DNA of 64,000 nt, taken from assembly GCA_019695345.1 (NCBI GenBank), contig JAIBAE010000012.1:3732-67731 (forward strand), written 5' to 3'. The position numbers were made by a program, and so were the translations under genes. Below, in pieces: positions 17,582-26,923 of this stretch (position 1 is the stretch's first letter; each line of letters opens with the position of its first letter). Below the pieces are notes generated by a model that worked only from the letters and a program-made list of their open reading frames with translations, was not told the DNA's origin and did no database searches. This DNA comes from Bacteroidota bacterium (GTDB taxonomy: Bacteria; Bacteroidota; Ignavibacteria; Kapaibacteriales; NICIL-2).

Positions 17582-19117
17582 ATGGCAAACAAAAAAAAAT
17601 CTAATAAAGATGTTACAATCCAACGTATAGGAAAGTTCTTAGAAGAAGCGGTTACTTATGTGAATAGGGGCTTGATTGATGACGCACTAGTGAAATTTAC
17701 TATCTCATTGGAACTATCAACCAAAATAAAAAATCAGAGGTTGGTATTTCTAAGTTATGACGGGCTTGCAAGTACATATATTCATTCTGGAGACATTGAA
17801 AATTGTTTTAAGTATGCAATGTCTGCATTACTGATAGCACAAGAAGAAAAAGACGAAGAATTAATAGCTCGAAATAATATAGTGTTCTCTAAATTGTATT
17901 ATAGTATGTTTCGTTTTGATAAAGCAATTGAGTACACAACACGTTTTTACAACTATTTTCGAGAAAAAAATCATATTCGCGGCGTTATAACAGCTATGAT
18001 GCAAATTGCCGGCATCAATGCTATGCTAAATAATACAGATGAAGCCATAAAAATTGGAGAAGAAGCACTGCAAGTAATATTGGATAGTGGGGATACTATA
18101 CATTTAGAAAAGTCATTTATACAATTAGCGAGTTTCAACATCACTAAAATGAATTATCAGGCTGCAGAAGAATATCTTGATAGGGCATTATTATTAGCAC
18201 AGGAGAAATCATCTATAATGGGTAAACTTAGCGTTTATCAACTCAAAGCACAAATTAATGTTGACTCTAAACGTTACCAACAGAGCATCAACTATGCTAA
18301 GTTAGTGCTTGAACAGGAAAGTACGTCCCCACTATTTTTATCTAGGTGTAACGCTTTAGATATAATGTGCCAAAGTTATATTGGGTTGAATGACATCGCT
18401 AGCGGAATCCTAGTGGCGAAGCAATTAAACTACGAGCTAAAGCAACAGAATAATCCTGAGGGCTTATATAGATATTACCGATGTATGATGAAATTAGATG
18501 AGTTAAAAGGAGATTTTAAGTCTTCCCTGCATTTTGCTAAACTTTATCATACCACAGAAAAGGAGATACGAGGAATGCAAACTCAGAGGAAAGTAGATAG
18601 CTATACAACTACTTTTAAATTTCAACAAGCTGAGTTTATTATTCAACAAGAATATCTTATAGCTGAAAGTTTACGTCAAAGACTTCGTATAAAGAACAAA
18701 GAGCTCACAACACTGGCCTTAACCATTGCCCAAAAAAATGAGATGTTGTTAACATTGTTTGTGCAATTGCAAGAAACAATGAACATGATTAAGGGAAGTG
18801 AATCTCGCAATGCTCTTCAACAAATAATGAATGAACTATTATCTGAACTCGACACTGAAAAATCGTGGAGTGAGTTTAGCGAAAAGTTTACCTCACTACA
18901 TAAAACGTTCCTTGCAACACTTCAACAGCAATACCCAAACCTTAGCCAAACAGAACAACGTATGTGTGCGTTGCTAAAAATAAATCTTTCAACAAAAGAT
19001 ATTGCCAACATACTTGGTTTTGAAGAAAATACTATTGAGGTTTATCGCAAACGCATACGCAAAAAAATGGGATTGGATAAATCCGTCAATTTAGTTACGC
19101 ATATAGCTTCTTTATAG
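17582..19117 (+). CDS. TPR-like + coiled-coil + LuxR-type HTH regulator (paralogous C-terminus to the upstream gene)
   Basis: I prefer ATG 17582 (MANKKKS) over the TTG at 17561. C-terminal LSQTEQRMCALLKINLSTKDIANILGFEENTIEVYRKRIRKKMGL. The motifs NKELTTLALTIAQKNE and KSW..F are shared with the 16723 product. Confidence 0.75.
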   Translation: MANKKKSNKDVTIQRIGKFLEEAVTYVNRGLIDDALVKFTISLELSTKIKNQRLVFLSYDGLASTYIHSGDIENCFKYAMSALLIAQEEKDEELIARNNIVFSKLYYSMFRFDKAIEYTTRFYNYFREKNHIRGVITAMMQIAGINAMLNNTDEAIKIGEEALQVILDSGDTIHLEKSFIQLASFNITKMNYQAAEEYLDRALLLAQEKSSIMGKLSVYQLKAQINVDSKRYQQSINYAKLVLEQESTSPLFLSRCNALDIMCQSYIGLNDIASGILVAKQLNYELKQQNNPEGLYRYYRCMMKLDELKGDFKSSLHFAKLYHTTEKEIRGMQTQRKVDSYTTTFKFQQAEFIIQQEYLIAESLRQRLRIKNKELTTLALTIAQKNEMLLTLFVQLQETMNMIKGSESRNALQQIMNELLSELDTEKSWSEFSEKFTSLHKTFLATLQQQYPNLSQTEQRMCALLKINLSTKDIANILGFEENTIEVYRKRIRKKMGLDKSVNLVTHIASL

Positions 19118-19128
19118 GTATTGTTTCC

Positions 19129-19292
19129 CTGCTCCGAACAACACACATCAACCAAACAATGCGCTGCACAGAGAGAACCGCATCTGTAGTACTCACGGTT
19201 ATCGTGGATTGGTGTAATAAGTCCGAAGGCTCTGTCCGGCAAAGCAAGGTTCTATGCGGCGCGCAGGTACGGTGCCGTCCGGCGATAGCAAA
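19129..19292 (+). repeat. Conserved intergenic element, copy B (~164 nt)
   Basis: Direct-orientation match to 1730-1915. It lies between the second LuxR gene and the DUF2569-like gene. Confidence 0.6.
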
Positions 19293-19355
19293 GTAAGTAG
19301 TAAGAAAACAAAACTTCTTACGATATTTGTTATCATATATTAAAGCAGGTATTAT

Positions 19356-19853
19356 ATGGAAACAAATGATGTTATACCCGAAGTTGAATTTGAACAGCGG
19401 TATGCTTGGCAAATTGGTGGCTGGTTAATTTTAGTTGCAATTGGGTTAATTGGACGTCCGCTTATTTATTTGTATACGATTATCACATACATATCTGATA
19501 TTATTGAAAATGACTACTTGAAAATAATGTACGAACAAGCCAGAAACAATTCCAGTTTCGATTTGGCATTATTTATTTTATGGGAAACATTGGTAAACAT
19601 TGGATTCTTCGGTGTTTCGATATTCTTGTTGTATGCCTTTTTTACAAGAAGAAAATATTTCCCCATAGTATTTACTATTCTTTTGGTTGCATCGTTAGTG
19701 ATCCCAATTTTAGATGTTGTATTGGCTAATGCAATTTTTGGTTTAGAGCAAGAATATAGTACGAAAGATACCGGGAGAACGGTAATAGCAATTATGATAT
19801 GGGTACCATATATGTTTGTATCTGAGCGTGCTAAAAGAACCTTTGTTTTTTAA
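19356..19853 (+). CDS. DUF2569-like multi-pass membrane protein
   Basis: Four predicted TM helices. The GGWLILVAIGLIGRPL start and the IWVPYMFVSERAKRTFVF end resemble DUF2569 family members (from memory). Confidence 0.55.
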   Translation: METNDVIPEVEFEQRYAWQIGGWLILVAIGLIGRPLIYLYTIITYISDIIENDYLKIMYEQARNNSSFDLALFILWETLVNIGFFGVSIFLLYAFFTRRKYFPIVFTILLVASLVIPILDVVLANAIFGLEQEYSTKDTGRTVIAIMIWVPYMFVSERAKRTFVF

Positions 19854-19858
19854 TTGAT

Positions 19859-20407
19859 ATGCGAATAATCTCCGGAGAGTGGAAAGGAAAGAAGTTGCCT
19901 GCAGTGTTGCCGGCAGGTGTGCGCCCTACATTAGATGCTGCACGGGAAACCATTTTTAACATACTGAATAATCATGTTGAGTTTGAGGGGGCTTCAGTGT
20001 GTGATATTTGCGCAGGAAGCGGAGCTCTTGGGTTTGAGGCATTAAGTAGGGGCGCAGCGCACGTTACCTTTGTTGAAAAGAATAAAAGGGTTATTGCTGT
20101 GCTACAAGCTAATGCAAAAAGCTTAGGAGTAGAGTCCGACCGTTTTACTATTGTACATTCTGATGCTGTGCAGTTCGTGCAACAACATCGTGGTGTGTAT
20201 GGGGTAGTGTTTGCCGACCCGCCGTATGCCGAGCGGATATGCAACCAGATAATTCATGGACTTGATACTAATGCCATGATAGATGAAGGCGGGGTAATTG
20301 TTGCCGAACACGCTTCGTTCGAGACACTCTTACTTGCAGATGATTTAGAGTGTTTTTCCTCGCGTAATTTTGGAGATACGGTTGTTGATTTTGTAAAGAG
20401 AATGTAA
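19859..20407 (+). CDS. rsmD: 16S rRNA (guanine966-N2)-methyltransferase RsmD
   Basis: MRIISGEWKGKKL...RPTLDAARETIFNIL N-terminus, GSGALGFEALSRGA SAM motif, and FADPPY catalytic motif. Confidence 0.85.
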   Translation: MRIISGEWKGKKLPAVLPAGVRPTLDAARETIFNILNNHVEFEGASVCDICAGSGALGFEALSRGAAHVTFVEKNKRVIAVLQANAKSLGVESDRFTIVHSDAVQFVQQHRGVYGVVFADPPYAERICNQIIHGLDTNAMIDEGGVIVAEHASFETLLLADDLECFSSRNFGDTVVDFVKRM

Positions 20408-20417
20408 CGAGAATTTC

Positions 20418-21275
20418 TTACCGCCGTACACCAAGTACACCGCGTATCAACACTGCTATAATTACAATAGCGCCACCAATAAACGACATCGTTCCGGGAA
20501 GCTCGTTTAGCGCAAGTAATACCCACAACGGGCTAAGAATGGGTTCAAGCATAGTCATAAGCACGCCTTCTAACGCCGTGGCTTTTTTAAGAGCAATGGA
20601 ATACAAAATATAAGGCACACCAATTTGTACGGCACCAAGTATAGCTATGTAGAGCAGTCCGGTGGAATCGGGAACGGTGTTTGTAACCATAAACGGAATA
20701 CCGATACATGCAGTTAGCAGATTACCAAGCAGTAAAGATTCCAACGACGAGCCATCCTTTTGTTTACGCACAAACAAAGCCATCCAGCCCATGGTAAGCC
20801 CGGATAGTAATGCAACAATAATTCCAAGCAAGCTATCATTAGTTAGTTTATCTAAAAAGAACAATGCAATCCCGCCAAGCACCACAAGTGTTGTAAGTAT
20901 ATCAATAGTACGTAAACGCTCCTTAAGAAACCACGCACCAAATAATGCTACATATATTGGTGCTGTATATTGTAACACAATGGCATTTGCATTGGTGGTA
21001 AGTTTATTTGCTGTTACATATAATGTTACGGTAAGCATGTAACATAACGCGCCACCAATCTGGTTAAACGAGAACTTAAACTGTGGGGCACGTTTAAGTA
21101 TAACAGCAAAGTAAAGCCATATAACAGCCGATGCCACTATACTTCTGCCTCCGGCAATTGCAAGTGGGTGCCACGTTACCGACTTTATAAGTACACCACC
21201 CAGACTCCACAGCACTGCTGTAATAAGTAAAAGAAGTATAGCTGTTCTATGTTCTATATTGTTTTGTGTATTCAT
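20418..21275 (-). CDS. EamA/DMT-family transporter
   Basis: ~10 TM helices in two EamA-like halves. I start at the internal ATG, giving MNTQNNIEHRTAILLLL. Confidence 0.75.
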   Translation of the reverse strand: MNTQNNIEHRTAILLLLITAVLWSLGGVLIKSVTWHPLAIAGGRSIVASAVIWLYFAVILKRAPQFKFSFNQIGGALCYMLTVTLYVTANKLTTNANAIVLQYTAPIYVALFGAWFLKERLRTIDILTTLVVLGGIALFFLDKLTNDSLLGIIVALLSGLTMGWMALFVRKQKDGSSLESLLLGNLLTACIGIPFMVTNTVPDSTGLLYIAILGAVQIGVPYILYSIALKKATALEGVLMTMLEPILSPLWVLLALNELPGTMSFIGGAIVIIAVLIRGVLGVRR

Positions 21276-21344
21276 AGTGGTAAAAATACAAACGCCCAAT
21301 ACAGTATATTGTATCGGGCGTTTAAAGTTTAAGTACCTATACTA

Positions 21345-21746
21345 TTACTTAGCGTCTTTTGGTAAATAATTCTTTTTACCAGTAGCACTCAAAGTGTAGC
21401 GTCCGCCTTTAGGGCCTTCGTAGATGTCTTTTCCATCAGCAGTTTTGCCAACAACTTTGTCCTTTGCATCCTTCATATCTTTTTTAGCATCTTTCATGTC
21501 CTTTTTTGCTTCTTTAGCATCAGCTTTAGCTTCTTTCATTTCTTTTTTAGCTTCTTTTGCAGCAGCTTTATCGCCTTCTTTTTTAGCTTCTTTCATATCT
21601 TTTGCTGCATCCTTAGCTTCTTTCTTTGCATCTTTCATGTCCTTTTTAGCCTCTTTCATATCCTTGGCTGCTTCTTTCTTGCCTTGTGCATAGGAGAATG
21701 ATGTTGCTACAAACAAGCACATCAATACTGCGAGAAAACTTTTCAT
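21345..21746 (-). CDS. Secreted Lys/Ala/Glu/Asp-rich repeat protein with a PBCV-basic-adaptor-like C-terminus
   Basis: Signal peptide MKSFLAVLMCLFVATSFSYAQ (ATG at 21744-21746). Degenerate (D/E)(M/A)K(E/D)AKK repeats. The tail is GKTADGKDIYEGPKGGRYTLSATGKKNYLPK. Confidence 0.7.
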   Translation of the reverse strand: MKSFLAVLMCLFVATSFSYAQGKKEAAKDMKEAKKDMKDAKKEAKDAAKDMKEAKKEGDKAAAKEAKKEMKEAKADAKEAKKDMKDAKKDMKDAKDKVVGKTADGKDIYEGPKGGRYTLSATGKKNYLPKDAK

Positions 21747-21922
21747 TGTAAATCCTTTGTAGATAGAACAAATAATACGAATTGTTGATACGAACATAGC
21801 AATAGTAATGGCATCGGGCAAGTGAAATTATATTCACTTTTCTCTATAAAAAAACCTTTGCCCATCGGGTTGACCGCCGTATTTTTGCGTCCCCTTGAAA
21901 AATATCACATATAACACCTCAT

Positions 21923-22003
21923 GCGGAAGTGGCGAAATGGCAGACGCACCATCTTGAGGGGGTGGCGCCGAGAGGCGTGCGGGTTCAAGTCCCGCCTTCC
22001 GCA
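21923..22003 (+). tRNA. tRNA-Leu (anticodon GAG), type II with long variable arm, no encoded CCA
   Basis: Manual cloverleaf. Acceptor GCGGAAG/CTTCCGC; D stem GCG/CGC; anticodon stem CCATC/GGTGG with loop TTGAGGG; variable arm CGCC-GAGA-GGCG; T arm GCGGG-TTCAAGT-CCCGC; discriminator A. Confidence 0.9.
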
Positions 22004-22004
22004 C
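21982..22004 (+). repeat. attL-type core: 3' end of tRNA-Leu
   Basis: GGTTCAAGTCCCGCCTTCCGCAC. The last 13 nt are identical to 56856-56868, and 19/23 nt match 56846-56868. Confidence 0.75.
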
Positions 22005-22017
22005 TTTTCTTATCTTT

Positions 22018-22056
22018 AAGTCCTGTTAATTCATAGATTTACAGGACTTTTTAATT
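22018..22056 (+). terminator. Hairpin + T-tract downstream of tRNA-Leu
   Basis: AAGTCCTGT-N14-ACAGGACTT followed by TTTAATTT. The stem sequence is shared with the hairpin at 56871-56899. Confidence 0.5.
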
Positions 22057-22085
22057 TCTTACATACGCATTTCATACACATTGAT

Positions 22086-22700
22086 ATGGAATCTGAAAAC
22101 TTTTCCGGAACTACGCTTCCCAAACATACAGCACAGTTAATATTTAAGTATGCGCGGTTACGTGTTGCAACGTGGGAAAAACAGCTCACTGTTGAACTTG
22201 ATAAAAAGCATAGTGCTAACGCAGTACAGTACCTTCGTGCTGCAATCGAAAAATACTCTTTGGATAAGGACAAACTACCTACCGATTACGAAGTCACATC
22301 GTATCTGTTTGACGGTTCTAATTTTATGGTAATTGATGAGAACAATGTTCTTGAATTTGGCTTTGAATATATACCCGGCGATTTTCAAAAAGCAGTAGAA
22401 CTTGCCCACCAAAACATAGACAAAATACTGGCTACTCTACAACAAGAAATTAATAAACATCCCGAGCAGGCTCACAACCTGAAAACTGATAAGTACATTA
22501 ACAAACGCTCAACGCCAACTGCTACAGAATCAACAAAAAAACAAACTACTCTGCTACGAATCGAAGAAGTGATAAGCGAGTATTCCATATCCCGCACCAC
22601 ACTCTATCAATGGCGCAAGAGCGGTGCATTACCGTATAAACGAATTGGAAGAATGGTATATGTACACAGAGATGATATTGAAAAACTATTAAGTACATAA
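22086..22700 (+). CDS. Excisionase/MerR-type HTH (HTH_17-like) DNA-binding protein with unknown N-terminal domain
   Basis: C-terminal LLRIEEVISEYSISRTTLYQWRKSGALPYKRIGRMVYVHRDDIEKLL. Positioned next to attL. Confidence 0.65.
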   Translation: MESENFSGTTLPKHTAQLIFKYARLRVATWEKQLTVELDKKHSANAVQYLRAAIEKYSLDKDKLPTDYEVTSYLFDGSNFMVIDENNVLEFGFEYIPGDFQKAVELAHQNIDKILATLQQEINKHPEQAHNLKTDKYINKRSTPTATESTKKQTTLLRIEEVISEYSISRTTLYQWRKSGALPYKRIGRMVYVHRDDIEKLLST

Positions 22701-22992
22701 GTTGCTATCGCAAACCGCTCCAAACCGGTAGTGCAAGTAAAAAAAACATCTGTCTGCGGGAAAAATCCTTTGCGCTGCAAACAACCTTTATCGTGATATG
22801 TTGTGTATAACATGCAGGTGTTGTATGTTTGGAGCAGTATTAATTTCCTTGCACAGACCCGCCCCATTTCACACGGACTCCGTAAGGAAATCTAAATAAA
22901 AGATTAGCAGTCACTTAACAGAAGTACTTCCATTTGTTTATTCAGTTTAAGTGGTTATATCAATTGATTACATTCGACTTCATCTCAACAAT

Positions 22993-25092
22993 ATGCAAGG
23001 AAAACAACTACGCCAGTTAGAAGCAGAACTTTGGAGAGCGGCCGACCAACTTCGCGCTAACAGTAAGCTAACCGCATCGGAATACTCCATGCCGGTGTTA
23101 GGTCTTATATTTTTGCGCCATGCTTTTAACCGCTTTCAAAAAGCAAAAGTTGAAGTGGAAAAGGATTTACCTGTGCATCCGCAACGTGGCAGACGACCCA
23201 TTACAAAAAAAGATTTTGAAGAACGCAATGCAATGTTCCTTCCCGAGCAATCGCAATTTGATTATCTGGTTTCATTGCCCGAAAGTGCGGCGATAGGCGA
23301 AGCCATTGACAACGCAATGAAACTTATTGAAGATGAGTACGATAGCCTTAAAGGAGTTTTGCCAAAGAACTTCTCCATATTCAGCCAAGACTTATTGCGC
23401 GAACTGCTCCGCATTTTTAACAAAGAGGTTTTGCAAAAAGCAGAAGGCGATTTGTTCGGGAAAATCTACGAATACTTCCTGAACAAATTTGCCATGACCG
23501 GTGCACAGGAAGGCGGAGAGTTTTTTACGCCTATGAGTTTGGTGCAAACTATTGTAAACGTAATAGAACCCGACCACGGCATTGTGTTCGACCCCGCCTG
23601 CGGAAGTGCCGGTATGTTTGTGCAAACAGGATACTTTATAGAAAGCGAAGGATTAAAACCTGCCGAGAAAGTTACCTTTTACGGTCAGGAAAAAGCCGAG
23701 CTGAATACCAAACTTGCCAAGATGAACCTTGCGGTGCATGGGTTGGAAGGAAAGATACTTGAAGGCAATACATTTTACGAAGACAAACACGACCTTGTTG
23801 GCGGTGCCGATTTTGTAATGGCAAATCCACCCTTTAATGTAGATGGTGTGGACAAAGCCAAAGATGCCGTTAAACGCGACCCACGCCTTGTATTGGACGG
23901 CAACGTAAACCTGCCCAAAAACGACAACGCCAATTATTTGTGGATTCAGTATTTCTATAATTACCTGAAGCCTACAGGCAGAGCAGGTTTTGTAATGGCA
24001 TCATCTGCAAGCGATGCCGGACACAGCGAAAAAGATATACGCCAGAAGTTGGTGCAAACAGGCGCTGTTGATGTGATGATGGCGATTGGCAACAACTTTT
24101 TCTATACTCGTTCATTGCCTTGTACACTTTGGTTTTTCGACCGAGCCAAAGAGACCATTGCTCCATCTTCTTCGGAGATAGTTGGGGTAAGGTCAAGCAA
24201 TACTGTGCTCATGCTGGATGCACGAAAAATTTACCGCAAGGTAACGAGCAAGGTGAACGACTTTAGCCCCGAGCAATTACAAAATCTTATTTGTATTGTA
24301 AACCTGTATCGTGGCAACACCCAAAAGTTTGAAAGCACGGTGCAACACTATTTGCAAACCTCTGCTGATGTAGCCAAAGAAACAGCCGAAGCAACCGCCC
24401 AACTGCAAACGCATTTGCAGAAAATATTGAAAACGGTAAGTGACTTTGCTACTAACTATGCCAAAGAAAACAAAGAAGCCAAAGCATTGGTAAATGCTTT
24501 GAACATTGAAGAAACCACAAGCATTTATGAACAACAAAACGCCCTTGTACGTGCAAACCTGCGTGTTTGCCCCAGTATAGAAATACTCGAAGAATTTGCC
24601 CACTTGTGCAAAGCCCTCCGCAAGCCACAAGACAGACTCATAAAGCAATTGCTCGATGCCATAAGCACAGCCACCAAAGAATACCAACTAAGCAAAAACA
24701 AAGAGTGGAAAGAACTTGGAATAAAAGAACAACTCGACCAACTCAAAGTTCTGCAACAGCAACTAAGTGGCAACCCCAATGACGAAGAACCCGGCTTATT
24801 GCACGATACCGAATACTATTACAAACAAGCCCACTGGCTAACAAGCCGCTTCCCCAATGGGGTTTATACCGATGTGGAAGGACTGTGCAACGTAGTAACC
24901 CAACAAGAAATAGAAGCCAAGGATTGGAGCTTAAGCCCGGGCAGGTATGTAGGCGTGGACACCACCACCAATGATGATGTTGATTACGAAGAACGCCTGA
25001 ACGAACTACATATTGAGTTAGAGGGATTGAACGAAGAAGCCATTGCATTGGCAAAAAGTATTTCTGAAAACTATAAAGAGCTGGCGATATGA
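22993..25092 (+). CDS. hsdM: Type I restriction-modification system, DNA methyltransferase subunit M (long form, ~700 aa)
   Basis: HsdM N-terminal helix LWRAADQLRANSKLTASEYSMPVLGLIFLR; FFTP; SAM motif DPACGSAGMF; catalytic NPPFN; C-terminal DWSLSPGRYVGV. I prefer ATG 22993 over GTG 22951. Confidence 0.9.
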   Translation: MQGKQLRQLEAELWRAADQLRANSKLTASEYSMPVLGLIFLRHAFNRFQKAKVEVEKDLPVHPQRGRRPITKKDFEERNAMFLPEQSQFDYLVSLPESAAIGEAIDNAMKLIEDEYDSLKGVLPKNFSIFSQDLLRELLRIFNKEVLQKAEGDLFGKIYEYFLNKFAMTGAQEGGEFFTPMSLVQTIVNVIEPDHGIVFDPACGSAGMFVQTGYFIESEGLKPAEKVTFYGQEKAELNTKLAKMNLAVHGLEGKILEGNTFYEDKHDLVGGADFVMANPPFNVDGVDKAKDAVKRDPRLVLDGNVNLPKNDNANYLWIQYFYNYLKPTGRAGFVMASSASDAGHSEKDIRQKLVQTGAVDVMMAIGNNFFYTRSLPCTLWFFDRAKETIAPSSSEIVGVRSSNTVLMLDARKIYRKVTSKVNDFSPEQLQNLICIVNLYRGNTQKFESTVQHYLQTSADVAKETAEATAQLQTHLQKILKTVSDFATNYAKENKEAKALVNALNIEETTSIYEQQNALVRANLRVCPSIEILEEFAHLCKALRKPQDRLIKQLLDAISTATKEYQLSKNKEWKELGIKEQLDQLKVLQQQLSGNPNDEEPGLLHDTEYYYKQAHWLTSRFPNGVYTDVEGLCNVVTQQEIEAKDWSLSPGRYVGVDTTTNDDVDYEERLNELHIELEGLNEEAIALAKSISENYKELAI

Positions 25093-26324
25093 AATGGGAA
25101 AGAAAAACGATTAATGACTTGTGTGAAATAAAAGGAGGAAAGAGACTTCCTAAAAATCACGAATTAATCGAGGTTGAAACAAATCATCCTTACATAAGAG
25201 CCAGAGATATTGGAAATGGAATTATTGATTTCAGTAAACCAGTTTATTTGCAAGAAAACACATTCAATTTTATTTCAAGATATACTGTAAAGGCAGATGA
25301 TATAGTAATGACGATAGTTGGAGCAAACATTGGCGATGTTGGGATAATTCCAAAGCATTTAGATGGTGCTAATCTAACAGAGAATGCTGTCAAACTCACA
25401 TCATTTAATGAAAATTGCCATTTTAAATATCTACTTTATTACTTTTTATTGCCTGGCAAAAAGAAGCAATTAGAGCAAGTTGCAGCTGGTTCGGCACAAG
25501 GTAAGTTAGGGCTATACAAAATCAAGGATATTGAAGTTCCAATTCCCCCTCTCCCCACCCAACGCCGCATCGCATCCATTTTATCGGCGTATGATGATTT
25601 GATAGAGAATAATATAAAGCGCATAAAGTTACTGGAGGAGAAGGCGCAACTGCATTACAAAGAATTGATGCAGGAAATGAGTTACTCCAAAACCAAACGG
25701 GAAGAATACATTAAAGACTGCCTTGCCTTTTACATTGGTGGTGGTTGGGGCGAAGAAGATTACAAAGAAGGATTTACGCAACCTGCATTTGTCATTCGGG
25801 GCACAGATATTCCTGATGCAAAAAAAGGAGAAGTGAAAGGCGTTCCGTTTCGTTATCACAAAGAATCTAATTTGGCTTCACGCAGTATGCAAGCCGGTGA
25901 TATTGTATTTGAAGTTTCGGGAGGAAGTAAAGGTCAACCCGTTGGCAGAAGCATTTTGATAACTGAAAAAATGTTACAGCAATTCGGCAAACCAGTAATG
26001 TGTGCCAGCTTCTGTAAAATGCTTCGTCCAAACGAAAATGTTACACCTGAGTTTTTCTACTTGTATTTATTGGCAAGCCACGAAAACGGAGTAATTGCCC
26101 AATACGAAAAACACAGTGCCAGCAATATTGTCAATTATGGCTTTGAGGAATTTATCGGTGAACAAAAAATCACCATTCCAAAAGAATCCGAACTGAGGGC
26201 ATTTACTGAAAAGGTAAAACCCATTTTTACCTTAATCAGTACCCTTGGCGAACAGAACACCAAACTCCGCGAGGCACGGGATATATTATTACCGCGATTG
26301 ATGAATGGGGAGATAGAGGTATGA
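25089..26324 (+). CDS. hsdS: Type I R-M specificity subunit S
   Basis: Two TRD-like halves separated by the conserved spacer LPPLPTQRRIASILSAYDDLIENNIKRIKLLEE. The tail is REARDILLPRLMNGEIEV. There is a 4-nt overlap with hsdM. Confidence 0.9.
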   Translation: MKWERKTINDLCEIKGGKRLPKNHELIEVETNHPYIRARDIGNGIIDFSKPVYLQENTFNFISRYTVKADDIVMTIVGANIGDVGIIPKHLDGANLTENAVKLTSFNENCHFKYLLYYFLLPGKKKQLEQVAAGSAQGKLGLYKIKDIEVPIPPLPTQRRIASILSAYDDLIENNIKRIKLLEEKAQLHYKELMQEMSYSKTKREEYIKDCLAFYIGGGWGEEDYKEGFTQPAFVIRGTDIPDAKKGEVKGVPFRYHKESNLASRSMQAGDIVFEVSGGSKGQPVGRSILITEKMLQQFGKPVMCASFCKMLRPNENVTPEFFYLYLLASHENGVIAQYEKHSASNIVNYGFEEFIGEQKITIPKESELRAFTEKVKPIFTLISTLGEQNTKLREARDILLPRLMNGEIEV

Positions 26325-26923
26325 GAAATATAAAAAAAATGTATTGGTTCATTATACTAACTCTATTTATACTTACGGCAATCTGCATGTGTTATACAAG
26401 CGAAAATTGGGCAAGTATTCTTTTAAGTGGGGTTGCCCTTGTTGTTGCTGGTGTAGCGTTGGGATTATCAGATAAGAAAGTCCCTGAGTTTAAGGGAACT
26501 GTTGAGTTATGGACTAAAAATAAGATAAATACTGATGATGACGAGCAACGATGCACGCTTGTATTACAAATAATCAATCAAAGTTCTGAACCAGTTAACG
26601 ACTTTATGTATAGAGTACGTATGCCCAAAACCTTGAGTGATAGTTATCAAGTTAACTCGGGTGGGCACACTCAATTCACACATGGAGATTCACTAATTAT
26701 AATTGATGAGAGCTACGGCTTTCTTTCTGCAAGTGAAAGTGGGGATGGTTACGCACGTTTAGACCTAGGTATAAAAGTAAAGGATATTAAGCGTGGGAAT
26801 CTATATGTTACAATATCTGGCTCAAACATCAAGACAGCAACATTTTTAGTCCATAATGAAAATATGTTAGAAGTGTTTAATTCTTCAAGTAACAATAAAT
26901 ACCAAGCTGAAAGAAAGCATTAA
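26321..26923 (+). CDS. Unknown 2-TM membrane protein embedded in the type I R-M operon
   Basis: ATGA overlap with the hsdS stop. Two N-terminal TM helices (YWFIILTLFILTAICMCY, ILLSGVALVVAGVALGL), then a ~140-aa beta-rich soluble domain with no motif I recognise. Confidence 0.6.
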   Translation: MRNIKKMYWFIILTLFILTAICMCYTSENWASILLSGVALVVAGVALGLSDKKVPEFKGTVELWTKNKINTDDDEQRCTLVLQIINQSSEPVNDFMYRVRMPKTLSDSYQVNSGGHTQFTHGDSLIIIDESYGFLSASESGDGYARLDLGIKVKDIKRGNLYVTISGSNIKTATFLVHNENMLEVFNSSSNNKYQAERKH

